DNA of 63,359 nucleotides, filler included, from Chiloscyllium plagiosum (taxonomy: Eukaryota): NCBI RefSeq assembly GCF_004010195.1. It is 4 parts of 2 records of this genome, joined end to end, with 100 filler letters (N's around TTAATTAATTAA, not from the genome) between each part and the next. Parts side by side here need not be neighbours in the genome. Positions count along the whole stretch, not along the records: positions 60,836 to 63,359 come from NC_057714.1; 3 more parts are not named here. One strand, 5' to 3'. A program made the position numbers and the translations under genes. Below, piece by piece: positions 62,077-63,359 of this stretch. Each line of letters begins with the position of its first letter. The first letter of the stretch is position 1. Below the pieces are notes generated by a model, which was not told where the DNA came from, made no database searches, and saw nothing but the letters and a program-made list of their open reading frames with translations.

Positions 62077-63359
62077 AAGTTAAAAATCACACAACACCAG
62101 GTTATAGTCCAACAGGTTTAATTGGAAGCACACTAGCTTTCGGAGCGACGCTCCTTCATCAGGTGATTGTGGAGGGCTCGATCGTAACACAGAATTTATA
62201 GCAAACATTTGCAGTGTGATGTAACTGAAATTATACATTGAAAAATTGATACACAGAGGAGTTCATCAGACGAATGAGACTCCGGGAATTCTTTCAAGGT
62301 GCCGGTGATCCCACTGATGAACTGGAACAGTCATCACAGGGATCTGTAGAGGAGCGACCAAACAAGCTGTCAACATGGACCCCACCAGAGGGCCGCTGCC
62401 CTGGGCTTGACATGTATGCTCAAACTGTCAGGAAATATATAAATGCCAGACTCATCAGCCGTACCCATAAGGTAGAGCAAAACATCACCCATTCCCAACA
62501 CAATGCCATCCAGGCTCTCAAAACCAATCACAACATTGTCATCAAACCAGCAGATAAAGGAGGAGCCGTCGTCATTCAGAATAGAACAGATTACTGCAAG
62601 GAAGTGTACCGACAACTGAACAACCAGGAACACTACAGGCAACTACCAGCTGATCCAACCAAAGAACATACCCGAGAATTAAACACACTGATCAGAACTT
62701 TGGATCCAGTCCTTCAGAGCTCCCTACGCGCCCTCATCCCACGTACTTCTCGTGTAGGCGACTTCTACTGCCTTCCAAAGGTACACAAAGCCAACACACC
62801 AGGACGTCCCATCGTATCGGGCAATGGAACCCTATGTGAGAATCTCTCTGGCTATGTGGAAGGCATCTTGAAACCTATTGTACAGGGGATCTCCAGCTTC
62901 TGTCGCGACACTACGGATTTCTTACAGAAACTCAGCACCCATGGACCAGTCGAACCGGGAACATTCCTCGTCACAATGGATGTTTCCGCACTCTACACCA
63001 GCATTCTCCACAATGGTGGCATCACGGCAACAGCCTCAGTACTCAACACCAACAACTGCCAGTCTCCAAACACCACCCTACAACTCATCCGCTTTATCCT
63101 CGATCATAACGTCTTCACCTTGGACAACCAATTCTTCATCCATACACACGGACCAAATTTGCACCCCAATATGCCAACATTTTTATGCACAGGTTCGAAC
63201 AAGATTTCTTCTCTCTGCAGGATCTCCAACCAACATTGTACACCAGGTAGATTGATGACATTTTCTTCCTCTGGACCCATGGCGAGGAGTCACTGATAAA
63301 ACTACACAGTGACATCAACAAGTTTCATCCCACCATCAAACTCACCATGGACTACTCTC
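62077..63359 (+). mobile_element. Penelope-like element: inverted terminal segment (62077-62250) plus RT ORF running off the window
   Basis: IVIKPADKGGAVVI, FYCLPKVHK...GRPIVS, LVTMDVSALYTSI; frameshift near 63150; xIDDIFFLWTHG in the shifted frame. Confidence 0.93.
62131..62165 (-). ncRNA. Minimal hammerhead ribozyme (Penelope type), intact core
   Basis: CAC-CUGAUGA-A-GGAGCGUCGCUCC-GAAA-GCUA-GUG: stem I CAC/GUG, 5-bp stem II, palindromic AGCU, CUA cleavage triplet. Confidence 0.8.

Overview
Repeat-dense, AT-rich vertebrate DNA with the repeat complement of a cartilaginous fish (HE1-type tRNA SINEs, HER1/CR1 LINEs, a DeuSINE, Penelope elements). No host protein-coding exon could be supported. 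The main feature is a defective class I endogenous retrovirus on the minus strand (2891-10207) with both LTRs, a CACA target-site duplication, a tRNA-Pro primer-binding site (PBS), a polypurine tract (PPT), and HERV-I/HERVIP-like gag/pro/RNaseH/IN/env remnants. It is unusual in four ways: capsid and RT are each replaced by unrelated sequence; the RT replacement begins with an unidentified ~77-codon frame fused in frame to protease; the leader carries a 119-bp antisense copy of U3; and the 5' LTR contains a second PBS+leader copy. The window also holds inverted Penelope insertions with minimal hammerhead ribozymes (two with intact cores), a decayed PIF/Harbinger element (Myb-like gene plus transposase), several solo LTRs with TSDs, a second ERV 3' LTR+PPT cut by a gap, and three artificial TTAATTAATTAA contig linkers. 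All calls come from reading the sequence by eye; boundaries of old repeats are approximate.
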